Source: Geosiphon pyriformis uo1 (lineage: Eukaryota; Fungi; Glomeromycota). Taken from it: a DNA stretch of 37,025 bases. Below are positions 1 through 12,159 of this stretch, one piece after another. Position numbers and translations under genes: made by a program. The stretch covers positions 1 to 37,025 of the forward strand of contig JAAOMT010000013.1 of the NCBI GenBank assembly GCA_016748015.1. The letters run 5' to 3'. Position 1 is the stretch's first letter, and every line of letters starts with the position of its first letter. The notes under the pieces were generated by a model. The model was not told the origin of the DNA. It was given only the letters and a program-made list of their open reading frames with translations, and did not search any database.

Positions 1-467
1 TATTTTAAGAATTAGTTTTCAAAGTATATTTTTATTTTTGAATTATAAAAATTTACAGTAAGATATATTTTTTCAAAAGAAAAGTTTTTTTTTATACAAT
101 TTGTTGTAATATTAGTTTATAAATTTGAAATTTTTCTTTTATTTTGATTTTGATGAACTAAAAATATATTTTAATAAACTATAAGTTGTTCTTATGAACT
201 ATAAATAATTTCAGTAAACTATTAAGATATTTTGTAAATTTCTATATATTTTGGCAAATTCTTGAATATTACAGAGTTTGGAGTATTGCATGATCTGATT
301 ATTATAATTGTGTATTATATAAATCATATTATTAATTGGATAATAATATTTGATAATTTAATTAAATAATAAGTGATAATTAAAATAATAATAATATATA
401 TTAATTAATGATAGAAATTATAAAAGTAATTTTATATTAACTAATAGCTAAAATTTTATTAATAATA
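1..467 (-). repeat. 3' LTR of Gypsy #1 (family D), cut by the window edge
   Basis: About 170-467 aligns by eye with about 19400-19693 (e.g. ATATTTGATAATTTAATTAA...AGTAATTTTAT...TAATAGCTAAAATT). It ends ATAATA (eroded GTAACA) and is followed by TTTTCTCCTT, which reads AAGGAGAAAA on the minus strand (PPT). Confidence 0.8.
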
Positions 468-1052
468 TAATTTTCTCCTTAAAACTAAGTTTTATCAAAG
501 TTCAAGTACTATTTGTAATATTAAGATAGTAGTTCAAAATAATTGAAGTAATTTAGTCTGAAAATTGTTAAAATTTCAATTTTGTAAGTTTGTCAATATA
601 CTGAATTTTTATTGGTTGAAGTATTGAATTTTGTAAGACGTTTTTACAAGTATTAAATAAATTATAGAGTTTATAAGCTGTTTTAAGTTTGTAATAAGTA
701 TTTGTTAGTCCAGCTGCTATCTTAAATTCTTTGTAAATTTGTTTTTATATAGTTTTAGGAGTGAGGTTTGTTGTTTTAAGTTTCAGTTTTTGTTTATAAA
801 GTGTTTTTTCAATATAAATATATCTAAATATAAAAGTATATTCATGGTTTTGTTTATTAAGAAACAGTTAAAGCTTTTGTTGAATTGTGGCATTTGGTAA
901 AATGTCAATAGAAGTAAATAAAAGATTTTTTTTTAAAGTTTGCTTCAAAAGTTTTGGTAATTGAATTTCAAAATAACTTTTTGTATTTTTTTTATAAGAA
1001 TAATAATTCTGAGAATTATTTACTATTAATGTTATAGTTTTTTTTTGGATGT

Positions 1053-2756
1053 TGTTACAGGTGATTCTTTGGGGTCTCAAATTAAATAACAAACCCATAA
1101 CTTGGTACTCAGTAACTTGATAGTAGTAGTGTTAGTAATCTGAAGATTGTTTGTATCTGAAGATTTTGGTTAAGTCCTTTGTATAATAGACAGAGATTCA
1201 ATGTTAATGTAGTTGGTTGGTAAGTTGTTTTCAGTGTGATGGCCGGTTTAATCTGGCAGTCATGCCCTTCTAATAAACTATCTGTTAATATATAATAATT
1301 CTATCCTTATTTCTGGGTCTTTTACCAGGCTATTCTTGATGTTAATAACTCAGCACTTAATCTCTTTAATCAGTAATAAATTAACAAATAAAAGAAAATA
1401 AAAAAAATAAAAAAAAAATAAAAAAAAAATAAAAAAAAAATGAAAAGAAAATAAGAAATTAGTATCCTATCAATAACTATAATCAAGAGCTATTGTTCCA
1501 GTATAGTTAAATGTTGGATTTTATCAACATAAAGTGTTGATAAATAGAAGAGTAATTATAGTTTTAAACAAATGACAATAATATGAATTTGAAAAATTGG
1601 AAAGATCTTTTATTTATATAATTCTATTTCAGTTGATAGCAACTATCTTTAAAATGAGGGTTAATAAATAGAGAAGAAAGGGGATTGTTCTAAATTAATA
1701 AAACTCTATTGAATTTTCCAAGAATTCTTGAATTCTCTTGGAATTACTTTTTTTGCTTTTAATATTGTTACTCATAGAAATATAGAAAATATATTAGCAT
1801 GATTATTAGCCAATCAAAAGTAAGTGTAGTAAAGGTGAAATTCCAGGATTCCTTTCAGAAATTGCAGGATTCCAGAAATTTCAGAATTCCCCAACAAAGA
1901 ATTGCAGGATTCCTGTCGTGAAAAATCAAGGAATTGAGAAATTTCAATTATGTATATATAGCAGTAGTGTTAGAAACAGAAAAGACAAAATCCTTAGCCT
2001 AAAAACAAAATCATCAAATAAATAATTATTTCATATCTCAAGTTGCTCTTCACTATCAACACTTTATGTTAATAGTAATTGATACGTAATTATACTGAAA
2101 CAATAGCTCTTGATCACAGCTATTGACAGGATACTAAATCTGCAAATTACCTTGGCTTATTTCTTTAGATTTTTTTATTTTCTGTGATTTTGTTATTGTA
2201 CACTAACCCATTGATTAAAAGCGCTGATTACTGATGTCAAGGATTGTCTGGTAAAAGACTCTTGCGAGAGGGTAGGCCACATACAGTAGATACAGAATAC
2301 TTACCAGAAGATTGCTGGTCACCAAGCTGAGAAAAAAATTGACAGACTTGTCAGTCTGAAAAGCTACAGATAAAACCATTATTGAATCTCTGTCCATTAT
2401 ACAAAAGACTCCATCAAAACCTTCAGATACAAACTTTCCAGAACATTATCAATGGAAATAGCTTTTGAGTACCAAGTTATGGGTTTTATTTAATCTAACA
2501 ACAGAAATATTCACTTGTAACAACACTCTTGCTATATATATATAATTTATGTTATATGAGATTCTGTACATTTGTGAACAATGTGTCTGTAATTTCTGGC
2601 AATGTGCTCATTGCTGAACAATGTGCCATAATTCTTTAACAATACTTCATATTGCTAAGCAATATGCTTATATGCTAAATACTATTCTCTTATTAATCTA
2701 TTTTCTCTATTTGTTTTTTCCTACTATTTTTTTGTATTCTTTTTCTATAAGTAACA
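1053..2756 (-). mobile_element. Solo LTR (U3 type B), split by a nested inverted LTR
   Basis: TGTTAC at 1053 and GTAACA at 2751-2756; flanks ATGT/ATAT (4-bp TSD, 1 mismatch). 1053-1600 matches 16395-16970, and 2527-2756 matches 17080-17381. Confidence 0.88.
1766..2522 (+). mobile_element. Solo LTR (U3 type A) inserted in inverted orientation within another solo LTR
   Basis: TGTTAC...GTAACA termini; reverse-complement similarity to 7382-8216; TATA-like TATATATA at about 1953-1960; flanks ATAT/ACAC (ACAC TSD with two C>T changes on the left). Confidence 0.88.
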
Positions 2757-3144
2757 ATATAATTAATTTGACTTTTATTGATTGTTATGAATAAATTAAG
2801 AAATGTTTTTAAAACAAACATTAATTTTTAGAACATTTGTTGAATGTTTTAGGGAATAAGCATAATAATAATAAAATTGAGGGTAAAATTTAAAAGAATT
2901 TTAAAATAAAAAAATATTTTTGAATATAGTGTTTTTTTTGTTTTTTTTTTGTAATTATTTACTATTTTTGTTTTTATATTTGTGTATTAATAAAAAAATA
3001 TTATGATAATGTTAAATTAAATATTTAAATTTAGTTGTTGTTCTATAATAATTATTAATTCTAAATTTTATAGAATATTTTCAGGATTAATTAAAGAGAA
3101 ATATGTACTAGTTTGTAAAATTAATGGTTTAAAATTGTTTTTAA

Positions 3145-3333
3145 AATAATAATGTTTCACTTAATTTCTATGTACAACTTTTGCTAAAACTTTGTTATCA
3201 AGTCTTAACTTATATGATCTATTATCTAAGATTTTGTAAATATAAAATAGTTTATCCTATTTATGTTCAAATTTTTCACTTTATTGTTTTTTAGTCTTAA
3301 TTTTATGTAAGAGAACTTTGTTTTCAATATTGA
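3145..3333 (-). pseudogene. Integrase C-terminal GPY/F (SH3-like) region of Gypsy #1
   Basis: Reads FNIENKVLLHK...K*DKLFYIYKILDNRSYKLRLDNKVLAKVVHRN*VK, matching the FxxGDxVL...WxGPFxI...YKL...H..RLK pattern. The integrase core falls mostly in N gaps. Confidence 0.8.
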
Positions 3334-4463
3334 ANNNNNNNNNNNNNNNNNNNNNNNNNNNNNNNNNNNNNNNNNNNNNNNNNNNNNNNNNNNNNNNNNN
3401 NNNNNNNNNNNNNNNNNNNNNNNNNNNNNNNNNNNNNNNNNNNNNNNNNNNNNNNNNNNNNNNNNNNNNNNNNNNNNNNNNNNNNNNNNNNNNNNNNNNN
3501 NNNNNNNNNNNNNNNNNNNNNNNNNNNNNNNNNNNNNNNNNNNNNNNNNNNNNNNNNNNNNNNNNNNNNNNNNNNNNNNNNNNNNNNNNNNNNNNNNNNN
3601 NNNNNNNNNNNNNNNNNNNNNNNNNNNNNNNNNNNNNNNNNNNNNNNNNNNNNNNNNNNNNNNNNNNNNNNNNNNNNNNNNNNNNNNNNNNNNNNNNNNN
3701 NNNNNNNNNNNNNNNNNNNNNNNNNNNNNNNNNNNNNNNNNNNNNNNNNNNNNNNNNNNNNNNNNNNNNNNNNNNNNNNNNNNNNNNNNNNNNNNNNNNN
3801 NNNNNNNNNNNNNNNNNNNNNNNNNNNNNNNNNNNNNNNNNNNNNNNNNNNNNNNNNNNNNNNNNNNNNNNNNNNNNNNNNNNNNNNNNNNNNNNNNNNN
3901 NNNNNNNNNNNNNNNNNNNNNNNNNNNNNNNNNNNNNNNNNNNNNNNNNNNNNNNNNNNNNNNNNNNNNNNNNNNNNNNNNNNNNNNNNNNNNNNNNNNN
4001 NNNNNNNNNNNNNNNNNNNNNNNNNNNNNNNNNNNNNNNGTAAAAATAATAAAATAATAAAAATGATCTTTTAACATTGAATTTTTCACAAATTTTTTGT
4101 ATTAAGTTATTTATAAAGTGTGTTTTTTAATTAAATAAGAGTTCAATTAAATATTTATGTTTACAAATAATGTTTTTATAGANNNNNNNNNNNNNNNNNN
4201 NNNNNNNNNNNNNNNNNNNNNNNNNNNNNNNNNNNNNNNNNNNNNNNNNNNNNNNNNNNNNNNNNNNNNNNNNNNNNNNNNNNNNNNNNNNNNNNNNNNN
4301 NNNNNNNNNNNNNNNNNNNNNNNNNNNNNNNNNNNNNNNNNNNNNNNNNNNNNNNNNNNNNNNNNNNNNNNNNNNNNNNNNNNNNNNNNNNNNNNNNNNN
4401 NNNNNNNNNNNNNNNNNNNNNNNNNNNNNNNNNNNNNNNNNNNNNNNNNNNNNNNNNNNNNNN
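3334..4463. other. Assembly gaps (N runs 3334-4039 and 4183-4463)
   Basis: N characters; further short gaps at 19344-19363, 20119-20138 and 20470-20488. Confidence 0.99.
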
Positions 4464-4479
4464 TTATTAAAATTTTATT

Positions 4480-5720
4480 ATCTTAAGTTTTAATTTTTTC
4501 TTATTAAGCCACTTGAAACCAATATTGTTAGTTAGAATGTTAAATTTTTTTTTATTTTACAGATATTATTGAAAGTGCTTTAAGGCCTAAATAATAGCTG
4601 TTGCTTTTAATTCAGTTAAGCCATATTTGAATTTTGTTGACTTGAGTGTTTTACTGACATATGTGATTACTTACTTATTGCTATTATTATTTAATTGTAA
4701 TAAGATAATACTAAATACTATATATAAAACATCAATGGCTAAATAGAATTATTTGCTAAAGTCTAGATAAACAAGAACTAAAGCTGTTGTTAATTTTGTT
4801 TTAAGAGTTTTAAATGCTTTTTGCTATTTATAAATCTATTGATATAACATGTTTTTATTGATTAGATAATTAAAAGATTTTGCAATTTCAAAAAATTCTT
4901 TGATGAATTTTTGATAATAAGAGACCAATTCAATAAATTATCTTAATTTTGTAATATTTTAGAAAATTTAAAAATTTTTAACAACATTAATTGTTTCTGG
5001 ATTTGATTGAATTTCATTATTATTAATAATATGTCCCAGAAAGATTAGACTTGTTTTTTTAAAGTAATATTTTTCAATATTTAACTTCAATTTTGCTTTT
5101 TGTAGTTATTAAAATATTTCTTATAGATAAATAAAATGAGCTTTAAAAATTGAAGAATAGACATTAATATCATCAAAATAAACAACTATTAATTGCCATA
5201 AAAATTTTTTATAAACAATATTTATTAGTCACTAAAATGTTGCTAATATATTATAAAGTTCAAAAGACATAATATTAAACTTGTAATTTACTCTTTGTAT
5301 AATAAATACTGTTTTAAGACAGTCTTTAGAATTTATTTTGACTTGTTAATATCTACTTTTCAAGTCTAAAATTAAGAAAAACTTGAGTTTTTTAAAAGCA
5401 TCTAGTATATTGTTAATTTTTGGAAAAGAGTAAATATCTCTAATTGTTATATTATTCAATTATTAATAGTTGATATAAAATATAATTTTTCTGTTTTTTA
5501 TTAACAAAAACTATTAATAAGGCCTAAAAGCTTTTTGATAATTGGATAAAATTATTGTTAAGCATTTTTTAAACTTTTTTTTTAATAAATTGGTGGTTGA
5601 TATATGAGATTTAATAGATTTGTTGACATTTTGGTAAAACATTTTTTGTGTAAATTTAATGTTAAATGATATTAATTTTTCTTAGATCATTGTTATTTTT
5701 AGCAAATATATTAGCATATT
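4480..5720 (-). pseudogene. Gypsy reverse transcriptase + RNase H (decayed)
   Basis: RT motifs LILDLKSRY*QV and IVVYFDDINVYS; RNase H reads TTALVLVYLDFSK*FYLAIDV...VITYVSKTLK...YGLTELKATAII*ALKHF. Confidence 0.88.
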
Positions 5721-6209
5721 TAATAATTAACTGTTTTAATTGTCTTTATTATTGAGATTCCAAAAGATTTATATTGATTTAAAAAAAATTTTCTTCTATT
5801 ATGTGGTAGTTTTCACTACTAGAAATAATGGTTGAGTTTGAAAATAGTATATGTCTCACAATTTCAACAAAATTAAAGACAGTTTAAGAGGTTTTATTCT
5901 GGAAAATATTGCTATGTATAATTTCAATTTTTAATCTATTTAATAAAATAATAAGATGATTGTTAAAATTATAAAATTTAACTTAGAACTTTTTCATTCT
6001 TTTTGGAATGTAAACATTTAGAATTGAGATTTCGTGTTTTAAACAAATTTGTTTATTTAATTTGAAAATTTGTTGAGTAATGATTAATTTTAAGCAAGTG
6101 TAAATTTCGTAATATTCTTCAAAAAGTAATATAGTAATTGGTTAAAAAAGTCAAAGAATCTAATGAAATTTATTCTATGTTATAAGAGCTATATTTACTA
6201 AAACTGTAA

Positions 6210-6600
6210 ATCATCTTATTGAACTAAAATCTTGGGTTCTTTTATTACTTTTGCTTAATTGTTCTCTTTATGTAACTAGTTGTAAATTCAATATATTGAT
6301 TAAAGATAAATAAATTGCTTAGGCAATTTTTTTAGTATATTTAATTTTAAATAATTTTTTGGTTTTATTTTGTTATATAATTGTAATATATTCTATATAT
6401 TTTGCATCTATAATTTTTTTTAATGTTGATTTCTTTGTTGGCCAATAATAATCAAAAAAATTTGGATTATTGCTTTTAATAGAATTTCAAAAAAGATCCT
6501 AAAATTAATTTTTGTTAAGAACTTTAGTTAAAAAACTAAAGTGTTTTTGCCAAAATATTATAGATTATATTCTGTATCAATTTTGTGGGCTTTTTTAGGC
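6210..6600 (-). pseudogene. dUTPase domain in pol of Gypsy #1 (decayed)
   Basis: PKKAHKIDTEYNL (motif 1, AGYDL-like), IIDAKYIE (motif 3), KKIA*AI (motif 4), KRTQDFSS (motif 5, RGxxGFGS-like). Confidence 0.8.
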
Positions 6601-6719
6601 TTAATTCCTTAATTATTATTGTTAAAGTATTTGAGTTGTAGAGCTGGTTGATTTTTAAGTAAGTAAATTGGTATGATTGACAGCTCTTTTTTTGGTTGGA
6701 GTTTTCCAAATTCAATTTT

Positions 6720-7381
6720 TTTTTGGTTATTTTCACTAAACAAGAAAATGCTAAGAGCATAATATTTTAAATACAATTGGTTATTACAAAACATAATACA
6801 TTCTTCACACAGTTAAATGTTTATTTGTTTTAATCAATAAATTTAAGTTTTTTTGGTTGAATATATGTAACTTGCAATCTAATAATACACTTCTATTTTA
6901 TCTTCATAATTGTATTCTGTAATTTTGAAAGTATATTTAATATATTCAGCTTTTTTTATTTAATAAACATTTTCTTGGGTTCCTTTATTAATTAAAACCA
7001 TAGCCAATTCATAAATTATTTTAGCATTGTATAGATAATAATAGAGTTTGTTGAAAGTACTGTTGTAAACAATATTAAATAGAATTCCTCTTTTTATTTT
7101 TTTAGCAATTAAGAGTACATATTGGCAAATTTGATTGCAAACTTTTTTCTTATTACAATATTAACTTAGTTGTATTCTTCTGATAGCATTTTTTTACATG
7201 TAAAACAAAAAATGTTGTCTTATTTTTCACTTTATTTAAGATATCCAAATTATTTTTAGTAGTAAGTCTTATAATAATAGTAAATACATGTCTCATATTT
7301 TTTTTTGGTGATTTACAAGCTCTCATAAATGAAAGCTTTTTCTTATAATCTTTTCATTTAAGTAAAATATATGGTAACTGT
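6720..7381 (-). pseudogene. Cys-rich domain of unknown function upstream of dUTPase (Gypsy #1)
   Basis: Similar by eye to 12780-13460, with CxxC-type remnants (e.g. CEECIMFCNNQLYLKYY, CFTCKK, CNQICQY). Confidence 0.6.
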
Positions 7382-8216
7382 TGTTATAAGTGATTATTTG
7401 AGATGTTAAAACAAATAACAAATCTGTAACTTGGTGCTCAATAGCTTGTATTATTGGTAATATCTAAAGGTTTTTGTGATCTGAAGGTTTTGGTAGAGTT
7501 TTTTATATAATGAACAAAGATTTAATAGTTGTTTTCAGTAGTTTTTCAGAATTATAATTCTATTAATTTTTTTCTCAGCTTGGTAATTGGCAATTCTTTG
7601 GTAAGTAATTCTTAAATTCAAGTGTCTATCCTTTTGTAAGAGTCTTTTACCAGGCAATTCTTGATGTCAATAACTCAGTATTTAATCTTTAATCAATTAG
7701 TAAACAACAAAACAAATAAAAAAAAATAAAATAAAGAACATAAAAGAAATAAGCCAAGGCAATTTGAAAATTAGTATCCTATCAATAGCTATAATTAAGA
7801 GTTATTGGTTCAGTATAATTAAGTATTGATAATTATCAACATAAATTATTAATAATAAAAAGATAGATTGTAATAGTAATAAGTATTTTTATTGATATTT
7901 GATGTTTCCATTTCAAGTTATAAAAAACTATCTTTTGAAAAGATGGATATAGAATTTAAAGCTGGAGATTCTAAGTTAAAAATTCTGTTTTTTTTGCTTC
8001 TAACACTACTACTATATATACATAAATTTTATTGTATGAGATTCTTTGAATTTTTCAATTTTCTAATCAGAAATTTTGCAATTTTTTATACAAGAATCCT
8101 GTAATTCTGGAATTCTACAATTTCTTTAAGAGAAATCTTGAAATTCTACTTTTATTATATCTATTCTGATTGGTTAATTTATGTATTAATATAATTTCTA
8201 TATTTAATGAGTAACA
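7382..8216 (-). repeat. 3' LTR of Gypsy #2 (U3 type A)
   Basis: TGTTAT at 7382 and GTAACA at 8211-8216. Similar to 16395-17090 over R/U5 and to the reverse complement of 1766-2522 throughout. Confidence 0.9.
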
Positions 8217-8230
8217 TTATTTTTTCTTTT
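8217..8230 (-). promoter_or_regulatory. Polypurine tract of Gypsy #2
   Basis: Purine-rich run AAAAGAAAAAATAA on the minus strand abutting the 3' LTR; probably G>A eroded. Confidence 0.65.
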
Positions 8231-8928
8231 TAATATTGAGCTCTGTCAAAATTTTTTATATTTCCTAATTCTCTCTTTTTGATTAACTTCTGAAATTCTT
8301 TTTTGAGAATTACTTGGGTTATTTTAATCTGTAATTCTTCAAATTGGGTGTTGGTTATTTTTTTCAATTGGTTAATAATAACTGTATACATTACTAGATT
8401 AAGTAGTATTGCTAGTCGATCTTGAAATTCTGTATATAATTAATATATGACTTATGCCTGTATAAACAGATTGTTTTTTCTTATGAATTGTTTAAGTTGT
8501 TGTAGTATTGTTGTATTGAATAACTATTTTGTTTTATCAGTGTATAAGTTTTAAATATTCAGATTTTGTTCCAAGTAATAATAACAAAAGTTTCTTGGAA
8601 ATTGTTGTATTCATCAATTCCAAGTTTTTTTCATTAATTTTTGGTTTAGTACAGTTGTTTCTGGTATTTTTATTGATAATTTTACTTTTACTATTATCTT
8701 GTTTATAGTGTTTTCTGGTTTTTTGTGTATTTTGTATTGGTTTTTTTTTTATTTTCTTTGCACCAAATGGTTTATTAGTTGATTGTAATTTCCAGATTTG
8801 GTTGTTAAATCAGTTGGAATAGTTGTTATGTGAGTAAGTAGATGTTATTAGTAATTTCTATTTTTTATTGTTGCTTTTGTCACATATATTAGGTCTTTAT
8901 ATATTATTCTGGTTGATTAATTTGACAT
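8230..8928 (-). pseudogene. Extra ORF (about 230 codons) between integrase and PPT, product unknown
   Basis: ATG at 8928; FCYYYLEQ...QA*VIY*LYTEFQDRLAILLNLVMYTVIINQLKKITNTQFEEL...FDRAQY*. The motif layout is shared with 479-1052. Confidence 0.6.
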
Positions 8929-8939
8929 GTTTATATTGA

Positions 8940-10250
8940 TAATTATGATTGGCTCTAAATCTTATGGAATTTCATCTGGTTGAATTAGTATTTATTAGAC
9001 TTTCAATTGTAAAATATTACTAGTAGATAATGATATTGTATTGTAATATGGTTTCAGTCAATTTCTATGTGTTGTTTTAGCTAAAATTTTGTTGTTTTTT
9101 CTTAATTTATAAGCTCTATTTTCTAAAATTTCTTTAATATCAAATAGTTTGTTCTATTTGGGTCAAATTTTTTACTCCATTGTTTTTCTACTTTAGTATG
9201 ATATAAAAGTATTTTGTTTCCAATTCTGAATTCAACTGGTTTATTTGGTAATTGGTTATTGGATCATTTTTTTTGTTTTTTCTGTAATTTTTGAATGTTA
9301 TTAGCTGCTCTTCATCTTTTGTTTTCTAAAATTTCTATTGGTTTATATGTTTTTTTAGCAATGTTCTTTGGAAATTGGCTTCTGTTATTAATTTTATTGA
9401 ATATGTGTTGATATTTATCTTAACTAGTAATATTTCTGTTTTATTATAAAGAAGTTTAAATAGTGTTGCTTGTGTGGTATTTTGCTTTATTGCTTAATAA
9501 GCAAATAGTATTGATAATATAAACAAATTTCATTTGTTTTGGTTTTCTTGGCTAATCTTGGCTATTGCTTTACATAATATTCTGTTGAACTTTTTGACTA
9601 AGCCATTGGTTTATGGATAGTATAGTGATAATAATAGTCTCTTAATTCCAAATTTTTGATTTAATTCTGTTAGTGTTCTGTTTACAAAGTGAATTCTTTG
9701 ATTTGATAATAATTTTTTTGAACATCTGTATTAACAAATCAAATCTTGATAAACAAATTTGGCCACAGATTCTGCATTTGCTCTTTAAATTGCTTTTGTT
9801 TCTGGCCATATAGTAAGATAATCTATGACTACTGCTATATAATAATTGTCTTTACTAATTATTGTTAATAGTTTGACTAAGTCAATTTCAATTCGATCAA
9901 ATGATTGTTCTACTTTAATTGGTTTTAATGATTCACTGAGTCTTGTTTCTTTTTTTTCTGATAAGTATTACAATTTTAAATGATTTAGATGATGTTTGAA
10001 TACATTGATGACCAATAATATTTTTTTCTAATTTTTTCTATGGTTGCTTTTTTATAAAAATATTCTGCTGTCAAATCTGAGTGTATATTGTATAGTATTG
10101 TTTTTTTCTTTGGTTCTGTGATTACTTTAAATGATTAATTTAGATTCTTTCTGTTTTTTCAATATAGTATATTTTAGTAAGTGATAAAATATTTTGATTG
10201 TTGTTTTATGTTAATTTGTTTTTTTTGAGATAATTTCTCTTTGAACTGTT
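8940..10250 (-). pseudogene. Integrase (HHCC, DDE core, GPY/F) of Gypsy #2
   Basis: HHCC remnant LYNIHSDLTAEYF...KKYYW...CNTYQ; core PFDRIEIDLVKLL...VVIDYLTIWPETKAI...LLSNQRIHFVN...YYP*TNGLVKKFNRI; C-terminal LKPYY. No chromodomain recognised. Confidence 0.88.
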
Positions 10251-10439
10251 GGATATTAATATAATATTGAAGTTGTAGATATTTTTGTGTATTTATTTTT
10301 TGTTATATTTTTGGGTTGAAATGTTCTTAGATTTGTTTCATTTGCAACAAACTGTCAACATTTCCATTTTTTTTCTCTTTTTATAATGTACTGTATAATT
10401 AAATAGTGAAAGTTTTATTTTTTATCTTGTATGACAGTT

Positions 10440-11640
10440 ATTTCTAAATTTTTGTTTCTGGATTGATATCAATCTTTTATGATTAGTGTATACATCAAAC
10501 TTTTGATTTAAATATTTTTTTTATTTGATAACAGTTCAATAAATAGCCAAATGTTCTAATGCTAAAGTTCTATAATTTTTTTTGGCTGGGCTTAAGTTTC
10601 AGCTGGCATATGTTATTGGGTGTTCTCTTTCATCTGGTTTTTTTTGTGATAGTACTGTTTCCAATACTTAATCTAATATATTGGTAGTAATGATGAATAA
10701 TTTGTTGTAATTTAGATAGATCAGTACTAGGGCTTAAATAAGTTTTTTTCTTAAAATATTGAAAGTTTTTTGCTAAGCTTCAGTTTATTCATATTTTACA
10801 TTCTTGGCTTGGAGCTGATGAAATAATTGAGCCAGTTTGGAGAAGTTTTGAATAAAGTGGCAGTAGTATTTAGCAAATCCCAAGAATGCTTTTAATTTAA
10901 TAAGATTTGTTAGTATTGAAAAGTTTTTAACAATTTCAATCTTTTCTAAATCTGTCTTAATGCTGTCTTTGTTTATGATATGTTCCAAAAACTTCAGTTC
11001 TGTTTTACCAAAGAAGCACTTGTTTGCATTCAGTTTTAATCTAGCTTTTCTTAATCTTTCAAACACTTATTGAAAATGGTAGAAATAATCATCAAATGTT
11101 TGGAAAAACATATTGATGTTATTCAAGTAGATTATTACTAATTTTCATAGTAATTTAGTGTACACAATTTCCATAAGTCATTGAAAAGTTGCTGGCACAT
11201 TCATTAAGCTAAATAGCATAATATCAAATTCAAAATTTTTTTCTTATGTGGTAAATACTATTTTCTCTTTGTTGACTGAATTTATGATTACTTGCCAATA
11301 ACTACTATTTAAATCTAATGTGAAAAACTATTTCTTTCCTTCAAAAGCATTGAATAATTTTTGAATCTGTGAAATTGAATAGCTATCTCCATAAGTAATG
11401 CTGTTGAGTTTTTTTTAATCCATACAAAAGTGGATTTTTCTATTTTTCTTCTGGACTAGTATTACTGGTAATAACAATAGATTCATTAATGATTAAATTT
11501 ACCTGTTGTCTAATATTTTGTTAATTTTTTGTTGGATAATTTCATGACTGGTTAGTGGTACTTAGTATGCTCATTGTTTGATTAACATAGTATCTTCAGT
11601 CTTAATTTGATGTTAGATTATATCAGTTCTGCCAAACTTA
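10440..11640 (-). pseudogene. Reverse transcriptase + RNase H of Gypsy #2
   Basis: FTLDLNSSYWQV, FSLMNVPATFQ*LM, YLNN (YLDD with G>A) at 11119-11130; ORF 10785-11066 (LKLNANKCFFG...AFLGFAKYY); RNase H EHPITYAS*NLSPAKKNY. Confidence 0.93.
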
Positions 11641-12159
11641 TTTTTGCTTACAAAGATGTTGATAAAATTATTGAGTAACATTTTGAGCTGCATATATTGA
11701 AGTAAGTCTAAGTTTTCTAAGTTTATTTGGTTTAATTGTTCTGATTAAAGCAAATAATATTCTTTTCATTCATATATTGTTTGTAATATAATATCTATAT
11801 ATCCACAAAGCTGTAGAAAATCTGGAATGATGTTTGGTAGTTGGCTTTTAATTTCAGTACTTAAATATCTAATGGTAGTTCTGCTTGGTATTTTAATGAT
11901 GTCTCCAGTTATATTATAGATAGAAATTTTAATGTGCTTATAGTTTTTAGCTAATATGTAAAGATTGGTAATTCCAATTTTTTTGATTTACAAAAAATAG
12001 ATTCTGCTTCAAAAATTGGGGCTGGTTTCTTACTTTTTTTTCTATTACTAACATGTACTAGTTATATGGTGAAATAGAAACTAATTAATAAGTAAAGATA
12101 ATTTTTCTCTTATCAAAAGTTTTTTTCTCTATTATATTAACTAGTATGTTTATTCTACT

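Larger units (their letters stand above)
479..3090 (-). pseudogene. Decayed extra ORF downstream of integrase in Gypsy #1, interrupted by the solo LTR at 1053-2756
   Basis: Minus-strand reading gives FRYIYIEKTL...KTAYKLYNLFNTCKNVLQ...IQYIDKLTKLKF and ends FDKT*F* directly before the PPT. This parallels the ORF at 8230-8928. The 5' boundary is approximate. Confidence 0.55.
1..7381 (-). mobile_element. Decayed Ty3/Gypsy LTR retrotransposon #1 (3' LTR, PPT, extra 3' ORF, IN, RH, RT, dUTPase, Cys-rich domain); 5' part (PR, gag, 5' LTR) missing
   Basis: Minus-strand translation gives, in Gypsy order, the Cys-rich domain, dUTPase motifs, RT (IVVYFDDINV around 5160-5190), RNase H and the integrase C-terminal GPY/F-like region. 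An LTR and PPT lie at the left end. Many stops and frameshifts; contains N gaps. Confidence 0.9.

Noticed and set aside
3226-4486. Long ORFs of 109-287 aa in the ORF track
   Set aside because: They span N runs and are artefacts; the same applies to 29415-30081.
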